A DNA stretch of 64,000 nt from a virus (taxonomy: Duplodnaviria; Caudoviricetes): positions 96,001-160,000 of the IMG/VR virus record IMGVR_UViG_3300049988_000245; one strand, written 5' to 3'. The notes under the pieces are model-generated. The model was not told the origin of the DNA. It was given only the letters and a program-made list of their open reading frames with translations, and made no database searches. Shown piece after piece: positions 1 through 9,662 of the stretch; the stretch's first letter is position 1; every line of letters starts with the position of its first letter. Made by a program: the position numbers and the translations under genes.

Positions 1-26
1 CGTGGTCGAACCAGTGGACGCCCGCC

Positions 27-332
27 TTAAGTCCATTCATCGTCGGTGACGACCGCTCCATGCCATCTGAGCTTAAACGCGACCGCCGTGGCGTAGTCTT
101 GAAAGACGATCGCCGGAACGGAGGCCGAAGTCTTGACCGGGCAGAGCCGGTATCGATCCTGCGCGTGTTCGTCCAGCCAGCGCGCCACAGGGTTGATCGG
201 GGAGGTCGTCGTGCAGAACGGGTATACGAGCGGGCTATCCTCGGAGAAGATCGCGCTGACCGTCCCTGCATCTCGCATCGTCCAGGGCACGCGGGGATCA
301 CCGCCCGGATGCTCGACCAATTTGAAGCTCAT
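27..332 (-). CDS. FKMRW-family small protein (short C-terminal extension)
   Basis: YPF..W..E..F..DYATAVAFKLRW motif; ATGA overlap with upstream paralog. Confidence 0.75.
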   Translation of the reverse strand: MSFKLVEHPGGDPRVPWTMRDAGTVSAIFSEDSPLVYPFCTTTSPINPVARWLDEHAQDRYRLCPVKTSASVPAIVFQDYATAVAFKLRWHGAVVTDDEWT

Positions 333-568
333 TGCCAGCGCATCCGGTAGGCGAACGCATCTGCGGGATCGGCGAATAGAAACACGAACAGGCCCGCCGG
401 ATCGTAATGAGGAGCGAAGTCGCCCTTACAGAACTCTTTGCACCAATCCGACTGAGCGGAGATGAACGCAAGAATTTCACCTTCCTCACGCATTTCGATG
501 ATCATCCGCGTTAGGTTGAGGTGTCCGTCATTCTCTTCGAGGAGCATTTCGTTGGCGTTCCGTCGCAT
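329..568 (-). CDS. FKMRW-family small protein
   Basis: Ends FADPADAFAYRMRWQ; start ATG overlaps upstream stop (TAATG). Confidence 0.8.
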   Translation of the reverse strand: MRRNANEMLLEENDGHLNLTRMIIEMREEGEILAFISAQSDWCKEFCKGDFAPHYDPAGLFVFLFADPADAFAYRMRWQ

Positions 569-825
569 TAGCACCATCTCATCTTAAACGCGAACGCATC
601 GTCTTCGTAACGGAACAGGAATCCCGAGCCCTGTCGGACCCACCGGCCATTGAACCAATCGTCATGAGGGATCGGGAAATTCTCGACGCACCATGCGGCA
701 ACCACATCGACCTGTCTCGTTCGATCCTTGATCTTTGCCAAAGATTCCTGTGAACCTCGCAGGACCATAATGAATCGATACGGGTAGATCGAGCCGTCAT
801 TCCGATCGACTTGCCGCCAGCGCAT
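568..825 (-). CDS. FKMRW-family small protein
   Basis: MRWRQVD..YPYRF..WCVENF..FRYEDDAFAFKMRWC; start placed at TGATG overlap at 825 rather than ORF-track 1119. Confidence 0.8.
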   Translation of the reverse strand: MRWRQVDRNDGSIYPYRFIMVLRGSQESLAKIKDRTRQVDVVAAWCVENFPIPHDDWFNGRWVRQGSGFLFRYEDDAFAFKMRWC

Positions 826-986
826 CATCCCCACCGCATCTTGAATTCGAACGCCGTGTCCGGGTCGGAGAATGTCACACCAACGCGCCCAATGGGGAAC
901 GTGAATCGGCCCGGCCTGGATGGTTCTTGCAGCCATTTCGTCAGATCGGGCGCGTGAGCATCGTCGAACGCTTTGCTCTTCGACAT
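825..986 (-). CDS. FKMRW-family member missing from ORF track (53 aa; possibly 5'-frameshifted)
   Basis: Manual translation MSKSKAFDDAHAPDLTKWLQEPSRPGRFTFPIGRVGVTFSDPDTAFEFKMRWG*. Confidence 0.7.
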   Translation of the reverse strand: MSKSKAFDDAHAPDLTKWLQEPSRPGRFTFPIGRVGVTFSDPDTAFEFKMRWG

Positions 987-1037
987 ATCCACGAAGATCA
1001 CGCACTCGACGAGGTGGGTACTTCTCCCAGGTTGCCA

Positions 1038-1334
1038 TCAGCCCCATCGCATCTTGAATTCGAACGCGTCCTGCTCGAACCGGAATTTGAACGAGGTCCC
1101 CTCGGAGGTCCAGCGCCATAGGTTGAGCGCACGGGCCGCCAGACGGTCATCGGTGCCGAACTGGAGACGACACCACTCGCTGGTCTCGTAGGCCGCTCTA
1201 CGGCGATCCTTGATGGTCTGGCGACGGAGGGCGATCTGCGCGGGCAGTGCGGCGAGCGCGGAGGTGTCGAGCGCGAACACGTACGGATAGCGCTCCTGTC
1301 CGACATTCGGTGGTGGGCTCATCTGCCAGCGCAT
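1038..1334 (-). CDS. FKMRW-family small protein
   Basis: YPYVF..EWCRLQFG..FRFEQDAFEFKMRWG; TAATG start overlap. Confidence 0.8.
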   Translation of the reverse strand: MRWQMSPPPNVGQERYPYVFALDTSALAALPAQIALRRQTIKDRRRAAYETSEWCRLQFGTDDRLAARALNLWRWTSEGTSFKFRFEQDAFEFKMRWG

Positions 1335-1594
1335 TACCCGAACCTCATCTGAAGAGCAAAGGCGTCTTCGATACGCGCGAACAGGATGGTCGAACCATGA
1401 ACGGCCCAAACAGTATTCGTCTCCGGCCCGTACTGTTCACGGCACCACTCGATCATGTCGTCTCGAAACTTGGCGCGGTCTTCCCATCCGGGAGACGCCG
1501 CCGTTCCGAAATGAGAACCCGGCGGTAGCCATATCCCATGCTGGAGTTCGGCGCCTAAACCTTCGTAGCTGAGATATTCCAGCCGGGCAGTCAT
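1334..1594 (-). CDS. FKMRW-family small protein
   Basis: EWCREQYG..FARIEDAFALQMRFG; TGATG overlap. Confidence 0.8.
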   Translation of the reverse strand: MTARLEYLSYEGLGAELQHGIWLPPGSHFGTAASPGWEDRAKFRDDMIEWCREQYGPETNTVWAVHGSTILFARIEDAFALQMRFG

Positions 1595-1833
1595 CAGCAC
1601 CACCTCAGTTTGAACGCCGTGGCATCCGATTCCAGCCGGAAAAGGAATTCGCGCTGAGTCACCGTATAGGTCCAGCGATTTGGAATGGACCCGTCAAACT
1701 GTTCACCGCACCACGAAATCACTTTGGTGAACCGCCTGATATCGAGATCATGCCGATCGCGTTGATCCCGGAGCACGAACACGTACGGAAACGTGTAGTC
1801 CTGTTGATCCAGAATGAAGCGAAGCTCGTCCAT
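1594..1833 (-). CDS. FKMRW-family small protein
   Basis: FPYVF..WCGEQF..FRLESDATAFKLRWC. Confidence 0.8.
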   Translation of the reverse strand: MDELRFILDQQDYTFPYVFVLRDQRDRHDLDIRRFTKVISWCGEQFDGSIPNRWTYTVTQREFLFRLESDATAFKLRWC

Positions 1834-1834
1834 A

Positions 1835-2188
1835 TCAGGCCAGGACGCCGGGGGCGCCTTCTCTCAGCTTGAGATGGATGATCGTGGCGGTTCCGGGAAT
1901 CCGGTTGGTCATTCCATCGAGCCGGGGTGCCCAGACGGCGAGCGCGGACTTCGACATCTCGTACACCACCGTGGGAGTTCCGTTCTGAACCCCATAGTCA
2001 CCCTTGGAGGCGGTGTGGCCGACAGATGGTCCGGATGCCATGCCGATGTAGTTGACCTCGGATAGGAACGTCGCGCGCTCGTCCTCGGAGAGACGGTTGA
2101 GTAGACCGTCGTGGATGCACTGCTGAGCCTTTACGATTGCCTCGTAGTCCATGGAATCCTCCTGATGGATTCCAATCATATACCTCAA
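1835..2188 (-). CDS. hypothetical protein
   Basis: ORF tightly packed and co-oriented with neighbours. Confidence 0.55.
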   Translation of the reverse strand: MRYMIGIHQEDSMDYEAIVKAQQCIHDGLLNRLSEDERATFLSEVNYIGMASGPSVGHTASKGDYGVQNGTPTVVYEMSKSALAVWAPRLDGMTNRIPGTATIIHLKLREGAPGVLA

Positions 2189-2192
2189 AACG

Positions 2193-2221
2193 AAAAAAGG
2201 GCAACCAGAAGGCCGCCCTTT
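2193..2221 (-). terminator. intrinsic terminator
   Basis: Minus strand AAAGGGCGGCC-TTCT-GGTTGCCCTTTTTT downstream of the structural gene ending at 2245. Confidence 0.75.
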
Positions 2222-2244
2222 CCTCTCGACGATTCAGTTATGGT

Positions 2245-3306
2245 TTACGCGTAGGTGAAGCACACCAGGGCGGAACCGACCGTTGCCGTGCCAGTGACGG
2301 AGAGAACGAGGTTCGTCTCGGACGTGGTCGGGAAGCGGTAGGTTGGGGTCACAACGTAGGTACCCGGAACGCTGAGATCGATGGCATTGCCGTCGAGCAG
2401 GCGAGAGAGGTTCGCGTTGTCACCAACCGTGATGTCCAGGGTTCCGTCGAACGCCGTGGTGACTTCGACGGAAATCTCGACTACGCGGGCGCCGTTGCCG
2501 ATCGAACCGAGGACGGTCGAAGCAGCGGTTGCCGGGGTCAGGATGACCGAGGAGGTCAGGGCGTCGGAGCGAGCCGAGTCCTGGGTCGCCGTGCAGACGA
2601 AGGCTGAACCGGTCCACGTGTAGGTGGCCCACTCGCCAGACGCTGCGTCGGTTGCGATGCCGGAGGCGTCGGTGACGAACACGGTGTCACCCGCGTTGAG
2701 GCCGGTGAGGGCGTCACGTGCGGCGATGGTCGGGACGATGTTGTTCTTCGAGGCTGCACCGTTCGCGGCAACGCCCTTGGCGCCGACGTAGCGGTAAGCT
2801 TCGACGTAGATGCCATCGGCCGCGACCGTGACGTTGCCGCCCGGCGAGGTCTTTGTTCCCGGAATGCCACCGATGAACGTGAGCACGCCAGCGACGGAGT
2901 CGAACACCCACTCCTCGCCGGTTTGATCCGGGAAGATACGCGCGGACTTGGTCGTATTCGGATCGCCGATGTACGCCTTGACCGCGTAGGACGAACCGAA
3001 GGTCGCCGGGATGAAGTCACCGAGGCCCGCGAGCCATGTAAGGTTCAGGGTCGAGGTGCCATCGACGGACAGCTTGACGCGGTTCGCACCGGTCAGCTTC
3101 GAAACGACCGAGGTGGACGCCGCAGGAGCGACGGCCGGGATATCGGTGGTCTTGGTCTGGGTCCAGATGTTGTCCGCGAAGATGGTGATCGGCGAGGCAA
3201 TCGTCTCGTTCGAACCGGCCTTCTTAGCGGTGGTATCCGACTTGGATACGCCGAAGGCAACCTTCTTCCAGAGTAGGTCGAGCTTTTCGGAATCAGAAAT
3301 AGCCAT
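2245..3306 (-). CDS. virion structural protein (beta-rich, tail/baseplate-associated)
   Basis: Thr/Ala/Gly-rich 353 aa ORF, SD AGGAGG upstream, in structural operon. Confidence 0.6.
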   Translation of the reverse strand: MAISDSEKLDLLWKKVAFGVSKSDTTAKKAGSNETIASPITIFADNIWTQTKTTDIPAVAPAASTSVVSKLTGANRVKLSVDGTSTLNLTWLAGLGDFIPATFGSSYAVKAYIGDPNTTKSARIFPDQTGEEWVFDSVAGVLTFIGGIPGTKTSPGGNVTVAADGIYVEAYRYVGAKGVAANGAASKNNIVPTIAARDALTGLNAGDTVFVTDASGIATDAASGEWATYTWTGSAFVCTATQDSARSDALTSSVILTPATAASTVLGSIGNGARVVEISVEVTTAFDGTLDITVGDNANLSRLLDGNAIDLSVPGTYVVTPTYRFPTTSETNLVLSVTGTATVGSALVCFTYA

Positions 3307-3322
3307 GTGTCAATTCCTCCTA

Positions 3323-5146
3323 TTAGTTCGTGAACGAAAGCGAGGTGATTGACTGACCTGCGTTCAGCTTGAAGCGAACGAGAATCTGGTTACCCGTCGA
3401 GTTCGTCGAGGACTGAGTACCGAAGGTACCAACGAAGGTGCCACCGTTACCAGACATAACCGTACCCAGGGCGCAGCCCGTGGTCGGATCGCCTGCTTCA
3501 CCGGGGACGCCCGCGCCGTCGTACGGCAGGTACATGTTCCACCAACCGTTCGCGTCAGAGCCGGACGGGGAGATGGAGGAGTTGTCCGAGACGCCCGGAA
3601 GCTTGATCTGGCAACCGGCGTAGTTACCGGCAACGACGATCGAGAACTTGGAGACGGCCGAACGGTTGAACGAGAACGTCACGTACTGGACGCCAGCCTG
3701 CGTGGACAGGTTCGGACCAGCCGGGAGGTAACCGACCGAGTAGTTGGTCTGATCGGCGCGGAGGACACCAGCGACGACAGCGGCTTCGTACGTGGCAAGA
3801 GCGACGGACGGGTCGAAGGTCGTCGCGGCAGCGGCCGGGGTATCGCCGTTCGCGGTGTTGACGCGAACCGCATTGTTGTTGTTCGGGAGAGCGCCGAGTC
3901 CGGAGACAGGTACGTTCATCTCGTAGACCTTGCCAGCCTGGGTACCAGCCATGACGAGGACGTTCGTGGCAAGACCAGCAGCGCCGGAGCCGTTGACGTT
4001 CTTAGCAGTGGCCGAGAGCGTACCGACAGCGAACACGTTCGAGCCGTTAACGTTGACGGTCACCGGGGTGATCGCCGTGGCAGCGGTGGTGTTGCGTGCG
4101 ATCGGGGTGGTGATACCCTGAGCGCCGTAGGTGTAGCTCTGAGCGCCGATGATGCCGTTTGAGCCCGAGACGACGAGCGGATCAGAACCACCGTAGTAGG
4201 TCTCGCCGGAAAGGTTGGCGACCGAGAGACCGAGCGTCAGGGTTCCGCCAGCGTTGTAGTGAGGAACACCCGAGGAGTACGAAACCGTGCCGAGGGTGCT
4301 CTGAGCCACAGTAGCCAGCGTCACAGCCGGAACCGCAGTCATACCGTCCTTGACGAAGTAGATTTCGTTGGATGCCGAAGCAGCCGTATCAGTGAGCTTG
4401 ATCTTGTTGACACCGTTCGAGGAGGTCGGACCAGCCACGGCAACATCGATCGACTTCCAGAATCCAGGGGTGGAAACCGGGTAGTCCTTCTGGTCGCTGA
4501 TCTGGAGACCGCCGAACGTACCAGCGTCGCCCGAACCGGTGAGCGTCTTAGAACCGACAACTGCGCCGTTTAGAAGGAGCGAGATGGTGCCGGAATCCCC
4601 CGGACCAACGTCATTGAGTGTGTTGGTGGTCGGATTGTTGACGATACGAGTAACCGACTGGCCAGCCGCATACGGCGAGGTGGTCGAGTTGTCCGGAACG
4701 CCGCCAGCGGCGAGGAGCGGGGTGTTACCGGTAGCGTTGTTGATCGAGATCGCGCCGTTCGGGAACTGCGGGGGCTGTGACGGGATGAGCTTCGCCAGAA
4801 CTTCGTTCAGCGAATCCACGGCGTCAGACACCTTGGTCGTATTGGTCAGTGCGATCGCGCCGGGTTGCCAGGAGCCGTCACCTTTGGAGGAAACGTCGCC
4901 TAGATTGAGATCAAATCCATCGACGTTGCCGATCGCCGTAGAGGCGTTAGACTGCACCTGCTGAAGCTGGGAGAGCGTCACGAGATCGTTCAGCGCCACG
5001 GCGTCCTTACCCTTGACGTTCGTCAGGGAGCCGGTTGCAGTGACGGCTTCGAAATGTCCCGAGTTAGCGACGAACTTAGGTCCAGCCTTACCGAACTGAA
5101 CCTGCGTACCAACGCCAACAAGGCCGAAATTCTTTGTATCAGCCAT
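3323..5146 (-). CDS. virion structural protein (607 aa, Gly/Ser/Thr/Asn-rich)
   Basis: Long ORF with beta-rich composition; SD AGGAGA and TAAATA box upstream. Confidence 0.6.
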   Translation of the reverse strand: MADTKNFGLVGVGTQVQFGKAGPKFVANSGHFEAVTATGSLTNVKGKDAVALNDLVTLSQLQQVQSNASTAIGNVDGFDLNLGDVSSKGDGSWQPGAIALTNTTKVSDAVDSLNEVLAKLIPSQPPQFPNGAISINNATGNTPLLAAGGVPDNSTTSPYAAGQSVTRIVNNPTTNTLNDVGPGDSGTISLLLNGAVVGSKTLTGSGDAGTFGGLQISDQKDYPVSTPGFWKSIDVAVAGPTSSNGVNKIKLTDTAASASNEIYFVKDGMTAVPAVTLATVAQSTLGTVSYSSGVPHYNAGGTLTLGLSVANLSGETYYGGSDPLVVSGSNGIIGAQSYTYGAQGITTPIARNTTAATAITPVTVNVNGSNVFAVGTLSATAKNVNGSGAAGLATNVLVMAGTQAGKVYEMNVPVSGLGALPNNNNAVRVNTANGDTPAAAATTFDPSVALATYEAAVVAGVLRADQTNYSVGYLPAGPNLSTQAGVQYVTFSFNRSAVSKFSIVVAGNYAGCQIKLPGVSDNSSISPSGSDANGWWNMYLPYDGAGVPGEAGDPTTGCALGTVMSGNGGTFVGTFGTQSSTNSTGNQILVRFKLNAGQSITSLSFTN

Positions 5147-5203
5147 TCAAATATCTCCTAATGTATTGGAGGGTTGGCCCCGTTAATAGGCGGGGCGTAA
5201 GTG

Positions 5204-5209
5204 TATTTA
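5204..5209 (-). promoter_or_regulatory. T4-like late promoter core TAAATA
   Basis: TAAATA in AT-rich intergenic gap upstream of structural operon; motif recurs in many intergenic gaps of the window. Confidence 0.55.
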
Positions 5210-5483
5210 GGGTGTGATAAGAACTACAAAGCAGAACAGTTAATAATTTTTAATACATTTGGCTCAAAAATAATAAATGATTCAGTATAAAGCTTGTCGG
5301 AGTAGTGCGTGAAGATTCGTTATAAAAAGATGCGTCGCAAGCTCCTAGCTGAACTCATCGTCCTCCGGGGCATCGTGACGATCGCCCAGGCCCAACGTCA
5401 AACGGACACCGTGATGGTGTCCGGAATGAAGTTATGGGAGGTCCAGATGGAGCTTGTCCGGCTAAGGCATTCGCGCGTGAAAA

Positions 5484-8015
5484 CTACTCGTGTAGTTTCC
5501 CCGTCGTCGGCTGAGTAAAGGGAACGAAAGGTGTCGCAGCAAGTCTGTCATATTCCTGCTTGGACACGACTTCGCCATTCACCGTGTATCTCTCGTTTGT
5601 ATTGAACTTCGTCAAACTTTCGGAAGCCGTAACTGGAACCTGAGGGATTGTCCGCTGGTCCGTATTTGATTGATTCAGCGCGCTGACCTGCTCCGATGTG
5701 AAACCGGATTCGTCATTTCCCGAGAGGGAGCGGGTTGCTTCCTTGTTAATCTCGTTCACCTGAGCGGATGTGAATCCGGTCTCATCGTTTCCGTACAATG
5801 GGGGCGTGCTGACCTGATCGATGTACTGCTGGTTCAGCGCCGTGCTGGCACCGCCGATTCCATCACCGGAGCCGTTCGTATTGGTGAACGCGCTGGCGCT
5901 CTGCGACTCCACCGGCCTGATGATGTCCGCACCATTCCCGTCGAGAGAGAAATCGCTGCTCGTCGAGGTGTCAAGAGAGCCGTTGGACAGGTCATTGTCT
6001 TCGATCTTACTGCTGGTGCCGTCGTAGAGCGACGCGTTGGGGCCGCCAAATAAATCGTCCTTACCGCCTAGCTCGAACTCGCTCGAACCCGTACCAGTAG
6101 ATGTGCCCATATCACTCGAAGACGTCCCTCCGGAGCTACCTCCTTGGGCGGACTTCAGTGCGTCCGAACCGACATTCCCAAGTACGCTTCCCGCGCAGGC
6201 GTTGTTCTTGAGCGCCTTCAGGTTGAAAGAGCCAGCGATGATCTTAAGCGCGTTCGTAGCCGCTCCGAGCATGCCCTTCTCGCCGCCGATCATACCGCCA
6301 ACACCGCCCATGATCCCACCGAGGCCGCCCCCTCCCATAAGGCTGCTCAACTGACCAGAAATACCGCCCAGGCCGCCGGGAAGCATCCTGAGCATCCCAG
6401 AGATGTTGCCCATGCCGAGGCCGCCCATGAGCCCGCTTAGTTGACCAGTGAGGCCGCCAAGATTTCCGATGACGCCGGAGATGTTACCGTTCAGGAGGCT
6501 TCCAAACGAGCCCATCATCCCCTGCATGTTACCAACAAGGGAACCCACGATGGGAAGCTGCGACAGGCCAGGGATGGAGCCAAGGCCGCCCAGACGCGAG
6601 AGAATGCCCTGACCCATGCCGATGATCGAGGCGACGTTGCCGAATCCCGTGGTCCCGCCGTAATCCCCCAGAGTGGTCCCTAGGGTACCCATCTGGGTAA
6701 CCAGGGACTGCATGTTGTTGATCTGTACCAAGTAAGACAGAACCTTAACCATACGAGCAAGGATATCGGTCTTCTCGGACGAGGCTGGCACGTAGGTGTC
6801 GATCGAAGTTTTGAACACCGTGAGGTCGGTGATGATCGGGGTGATGTCGCCAACCTGCGAGATGTTGCCGGGCACGCGCAGATAGTCGGACAGCCCGTAA
6901 AGCTGACCGGTCAGAACCGTGACGTTGCCGACCGCTGCGGTGGATTTTGTCTGCGAGAGAGACCCACCAGAGAGCGCCAGGGGCACCGAGGTGGTCTCGG
7001 CGATGTTGAGCAGTGCGGTAAGCTTGTCGGCCAACGCGATGATCTCGTTGACCAGATCGGACACGTCGTAGGTCGCCAGCGTGTTGACGACACCGTTTAG
7101 CTGGGTTTGGACCGCGTAGGGGCTTTGGGCAGAGATCAGCGGAACCCCACCGATCGACTGTGACTGGTTTACGAACCCGCCCATTGCCGAGATGATGCCA
7201 CCGAGCTTGGTCAGATTCCCGAGTGCACTTCCGGCGCCGCCCATGATGTTGGTCAACTGCGAGCCGAGCGCCGCAACATTTCCAAAGCTACCGATCGAGG
7301 AAATCATCGATCCGATCTGGCCGATGTTCCCGATGTTGCCAAGATTCCCAACGAGCCCGGAGATATTACCGATACCGGGAATCGCGCCAAGCCCGCCGAG
7401 GTTGCCAAATCTACCCAGCATGTTGAGAACACCCCCGCCCATAAGGTTGCCCATCATGCCCTGGACTTGCCCGAGAACGCCCATGGCCTGCCCCATGAAC
7501 TGAGAGGCTTTACCCATGATGGAGCCAAACGCATTACCCATGGACGAGCACTGCCCACCGGTAACCGACGCCGCGCCGCTGCCCGACCCGGTTTCGGCAG
7601 CGAAGTTGATCATCAGGGCCATCGGGGAAACCTGCGACTGGCGCATATAAGCGCCTGACGCGACAGATTTTGAGGCCGGAGCCGATGCATCATTGAAGCC
7701 GGGCAGACGCTGAAGCGCGGCGAGGTCACTGATGTATCCGGAGACAAGACCGAGATTCGTCGTAAGATTGTCGAACTGATCATTCAGGTGGATGACGAGG
7801 TCGTTCATAACGCCCTGCTGAAAATATCCAAGCTGGGTCGAATGCGGGTTCAGGTCGGGCAGATCGAGATCGGACATGAGCTTGGACAATGAGCCGATGC
7901 CGTCGCGCACACCCGAGGCGTGGCCGACGCAATCCTTATTGAAAGCCTTGTCGTTCTGGAGCAGGTCATAGACCGCAAGAATCTCTGCGGTATCCGGATC
8001 GATCGCGTCTGCCAT
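5484..8015 (-). CDS. large Gly-rich low-complexity protein next to PAAR (tail tip/baseplate-associated?)
   Basis: Start MADAIDP at 8015 after AAAGG SD; long GGLMG/GNI-type repeats. Confidence 0.6.
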   Translation of the reverse strand: MADAIDPDTAEILAVYDLLQNDKAFNKDCVGHASGVRDGIGSLSKLMSDLDLPDLNPHSTQLGYFQQGVMNDLVIHLNDQFDNLTTNLGLVSGYISDLAALQRLPGFNDASAPASKSVASGAYMRQSQVSPMALMINFAAETGSGSGAASVTGGQCSSMGNAFGSIMGKASQFMGQAMGVLGQVQGMMGNLMGGGVLNMLGRFGNLGGLGAIPGIGNISGLVGNLGNIGNIGQIGSMISSIGSFGNVAALGSQLTNIMGGAGSALGNLTKLGGIISAMGGFVNQSQSIGGVPLISAQSPYAVQTQLNGVVNTLATYDVSDLVNEIIALADKLTALLNIAETTSVPLALSGGSLSQTKSTAAVGNVTVLTGQLYGLSDYLRVPGNISQVGDITPIITDLTVFKTSIDTYVPASSEKTDILARMVKVLSYLVQINNMQSLVTQMGTLGTTLGDYGGTTGFGNVASIIGMGQGILSRLGGLGSIPGLSQLPIVGSLVGNMQGMMGSFGSLLNGNISGVIGNLGGLTGQLSGLMGGLGMGNISGMLRMLPGGLGGISGQLSSLMGGGGLGGIMGGVGGMIGGEKGMLGAATNALKIIAGSFNLKALKNNACAGSVLGNVGSDALKSAQGGSSGGTSSSDMGTSTGTGSSEFELGGKDDLFGGPNASLYDGTSSKIEDNDLSNGSLDTSTSSDFSLDGNGADIIRPVESQSASAFTNTNGSGDGIGGASTALNQQYIDQVSTPPLYGNDETGFTSAQVNEINKEATRSLSGNDESGFTSEQVSALNQSNTDQRTIPQVPVTASESLTKFNTNERYTVNGEVVSKQEYDRLAATPFVPFTQPTTGKLHE

Positions 8016-8022
8016 AGCGCCT

Positions 8023-8289
8023 TTACTTGTCGAGGTAGGTGAGGTCTGAGCCGGTGATGAGAATCGCTCCACAGGCCGCCCTGGAGGCAAGGTGAGCGGT
8101 CTCCGGACCGGTGGTCTTCACGGGGTTTGAGATCGTGCTGATGATCGGCTGAACCCCGTGGAGGGGGCACGAAACGAGGTCGCCACGGCGGGCGACCTTT
8201 TTGCCTTCGACCGTACGGATGCTCTCTCCCGTGATGACCACCGCACCATGAGAGAGATTGTCGCCGATTCGCGTGATCTTGAACGACAT
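8023..8289 (-). CDS. PAAR-domain spike tip protein (T4 gp5.4-like)
   Basis: RIGD..SHG, VARRGDLVSCPLHG, ACGA..ITGS motifs. Confidence 0.9.
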   Translation of the reverse strand: MSFKITRIGDNLSHGAVVITGESIRTVEGKKVARRGDLVSCPLHGVQPIISTISNPVKTTGPETAHLASRAACGAILITGSDLTYLDK

Positions 8290-8296
8290 GCCGTCC

Positions 8297-8644
8297 TTAC
8301 GGGATCAGCAGGCCGGGAGACTTCGGCTGCACGATCTCGGAGGTTGCTGCGCGATAGCTCGCGGCCACGTCGGTGTTCGACTTAATCGGGGCGAGGGACA
8401 GCTTGGTGTGGCTGAACTCAAACGACGATGATTCGGCAACCGAGTACATGAACGGGGCAAACTGAATCTGGGCACCAACCGCACCATCGTCGCCCTGAAC
8501 CATGCGGGCGAGAACGTGGACGGGCTTCGTCAGGGTGATCGAGTCATCACGCAGCACGGTGACGCGACCGACGATCTCTTCACCCGAGGTGAGACGAACC
8601 GTTGCAATGTCGTTGACAGAAAGAGACTTGTTTTCGATAAGCAT
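8297..8644 (-). CDS. Sm/LSm-like domain protein
   Basis: DIATVRLTSGEEIVGRV..ITLTKP pattern typical of Sm1 motif in large phages. Confidence 0.55.
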   Translation of the reverse strand: MLIENKSLSVNDIATVRLTSGEEIVGRVTVLRDDSITLTKPVHVLARMVQGDDGAVGAQIQFAPFMYSVAESSSFEFSHTKLSLAPIKSNTDVAASYRAATSEIVQPKSPGLLIP

Positions 8645-8718
8645 TGATAAAATCCAAAAAGGGTAATAACCAAATATACCCTTAATGCTACTTATCGTTC
8701 CATAAAAACCGTATAGAA

Positions 8719-8931
8719 CTACTTCTTATTCAGGTAATCGAGCGCGATCTGAACCTTGTTGATGCTTTCGAGCTTGTCTTTCATGAGTAAACGGACCACG
8801 GCGGTGGGCGAAAGCCTCTTCCCGGAAATGCTCTCGTAGTGCTCTTTCAGCGCCTTGAGGTGGATTTCGTCGGCTGACTGCAAATTGATGCTCATCATGT
8901 GGAGTACTCCTCTGATGCCCAAAATGTACAC
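8719..8931 (-). CDS. small putative DNA-binding protein
   Basis: 70 aa helical basic ORF (LSPTAVVRLLM). Confidence 0.4.
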   Translation of the reverse strand: MYILGIRGVLHMMSINLQSADEIHLKALKEHYESISGKRLSPTAVVRLLMKDKLESINKVQIALDYLNKK

Positions 8932-9076
8932 CGAATAGAAAAGATGTCAAGTTGACGGGAATCTTAAACCGCGCCAAGGTGGGGTGTCAGCGGGCTCCCC
9001 CAACCTGCCCGTTGGCGAAGAAGGCTCGTGTGGACCCACCGATCGTTCGCACGAGCCTTCTGCATAAGGGTATTGC

Positions 9077-9370
9077 GTGACTTATCCCCCGCTCGTTCGC
9101 GCTATCTGTAAGAAACATCCAGATCGCATTTTGGTCCTAAAAATTATCGGGGCAACGATCAGCGATCAGACCGAGGTAAGCAAGGCTTATTTTCGTCTTG
9201 GAAGGGCATGTGAGCGCGTTGGCGCCCGAATATCATTCAAGACCTTGCCACCATACAACGGACGATACTTCATTGTTATTTTGTCAAAGACGCCCGAGGA
9301 AGCGGTTGCGCTTCGCGTCGCATCAAAGGACCTATTGGTCCCGGCTAGCAACATCCTCAATAGCGAATAG
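9077..9370 (+). CDS. hypothetical protein
   Basis: 97 aa ORF on plus strand after AT-rich promoter-like gap. Confidence 0.5.
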   Translation: MTYPPLVRAICKKHPDRILVLKIIGATISDQTEVSKAYFRLGRACERVGARISFKTLPPYNGRYFIVILSKTPEEAVALRVASKDLLVPASNILNSE

Positions 9371-9662
9371 ACTCTTCCCCGTTCGGATCGCGACGACGAC
9401 CACTCAGCGGGTGGCGATGCCATCCCTCAGGCTCACCCTTGCCATCCCAGGCTTCGAGAGCCGCACGGGCCGCATCCTCGTCGTGATAGCACCAACGATC
9501 TGAATAGGTATTGCGGTCGCCCATCTCGCCCACAATGATTGCCCAGGTGAACATCAGCCGGAGCAAGCCGGTCCAGCGTCCATCGCCGATCGGGCGCGGG
9601 TCGATGTAGCCGCCATCGGTTTTCAAGTAGTGGAGGAAAGAGAGTTCTTCGAGTCGAGTCAT
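9357..9662 (-). CDS. hypothetical protein
   Basis: MTRLEELSF..RWCYHD..A..AL..WDG; ATGA-type overlap with upstream gene. Confidence 0.6.
   Translation of the reverse strand: MTRLEELSFLHYLKTDGGYIDPRPIGDGRWTGLLRLMFTWAIIVGEMGDRNTYSDRWCYHDEDAARAALEAWDGKGEPEGWHRHPLSGRRRDPNGEESIRY

Noticed and set aside
825-1040. TGA read-through or alternative genetic code (frame stays open past TGA 1038)
   Set aside because: TGA and TAG terminate conserved genes at expected positions (nrdA, nrdB, Acb1-like); a single indel explains the pattern better.
5309-5518. Plus-strand 69-aa ORF as a real gene
   Set aside because: No recognisable motif or SD and it overlaps the end of the Gly-rich gene; left unannotated.
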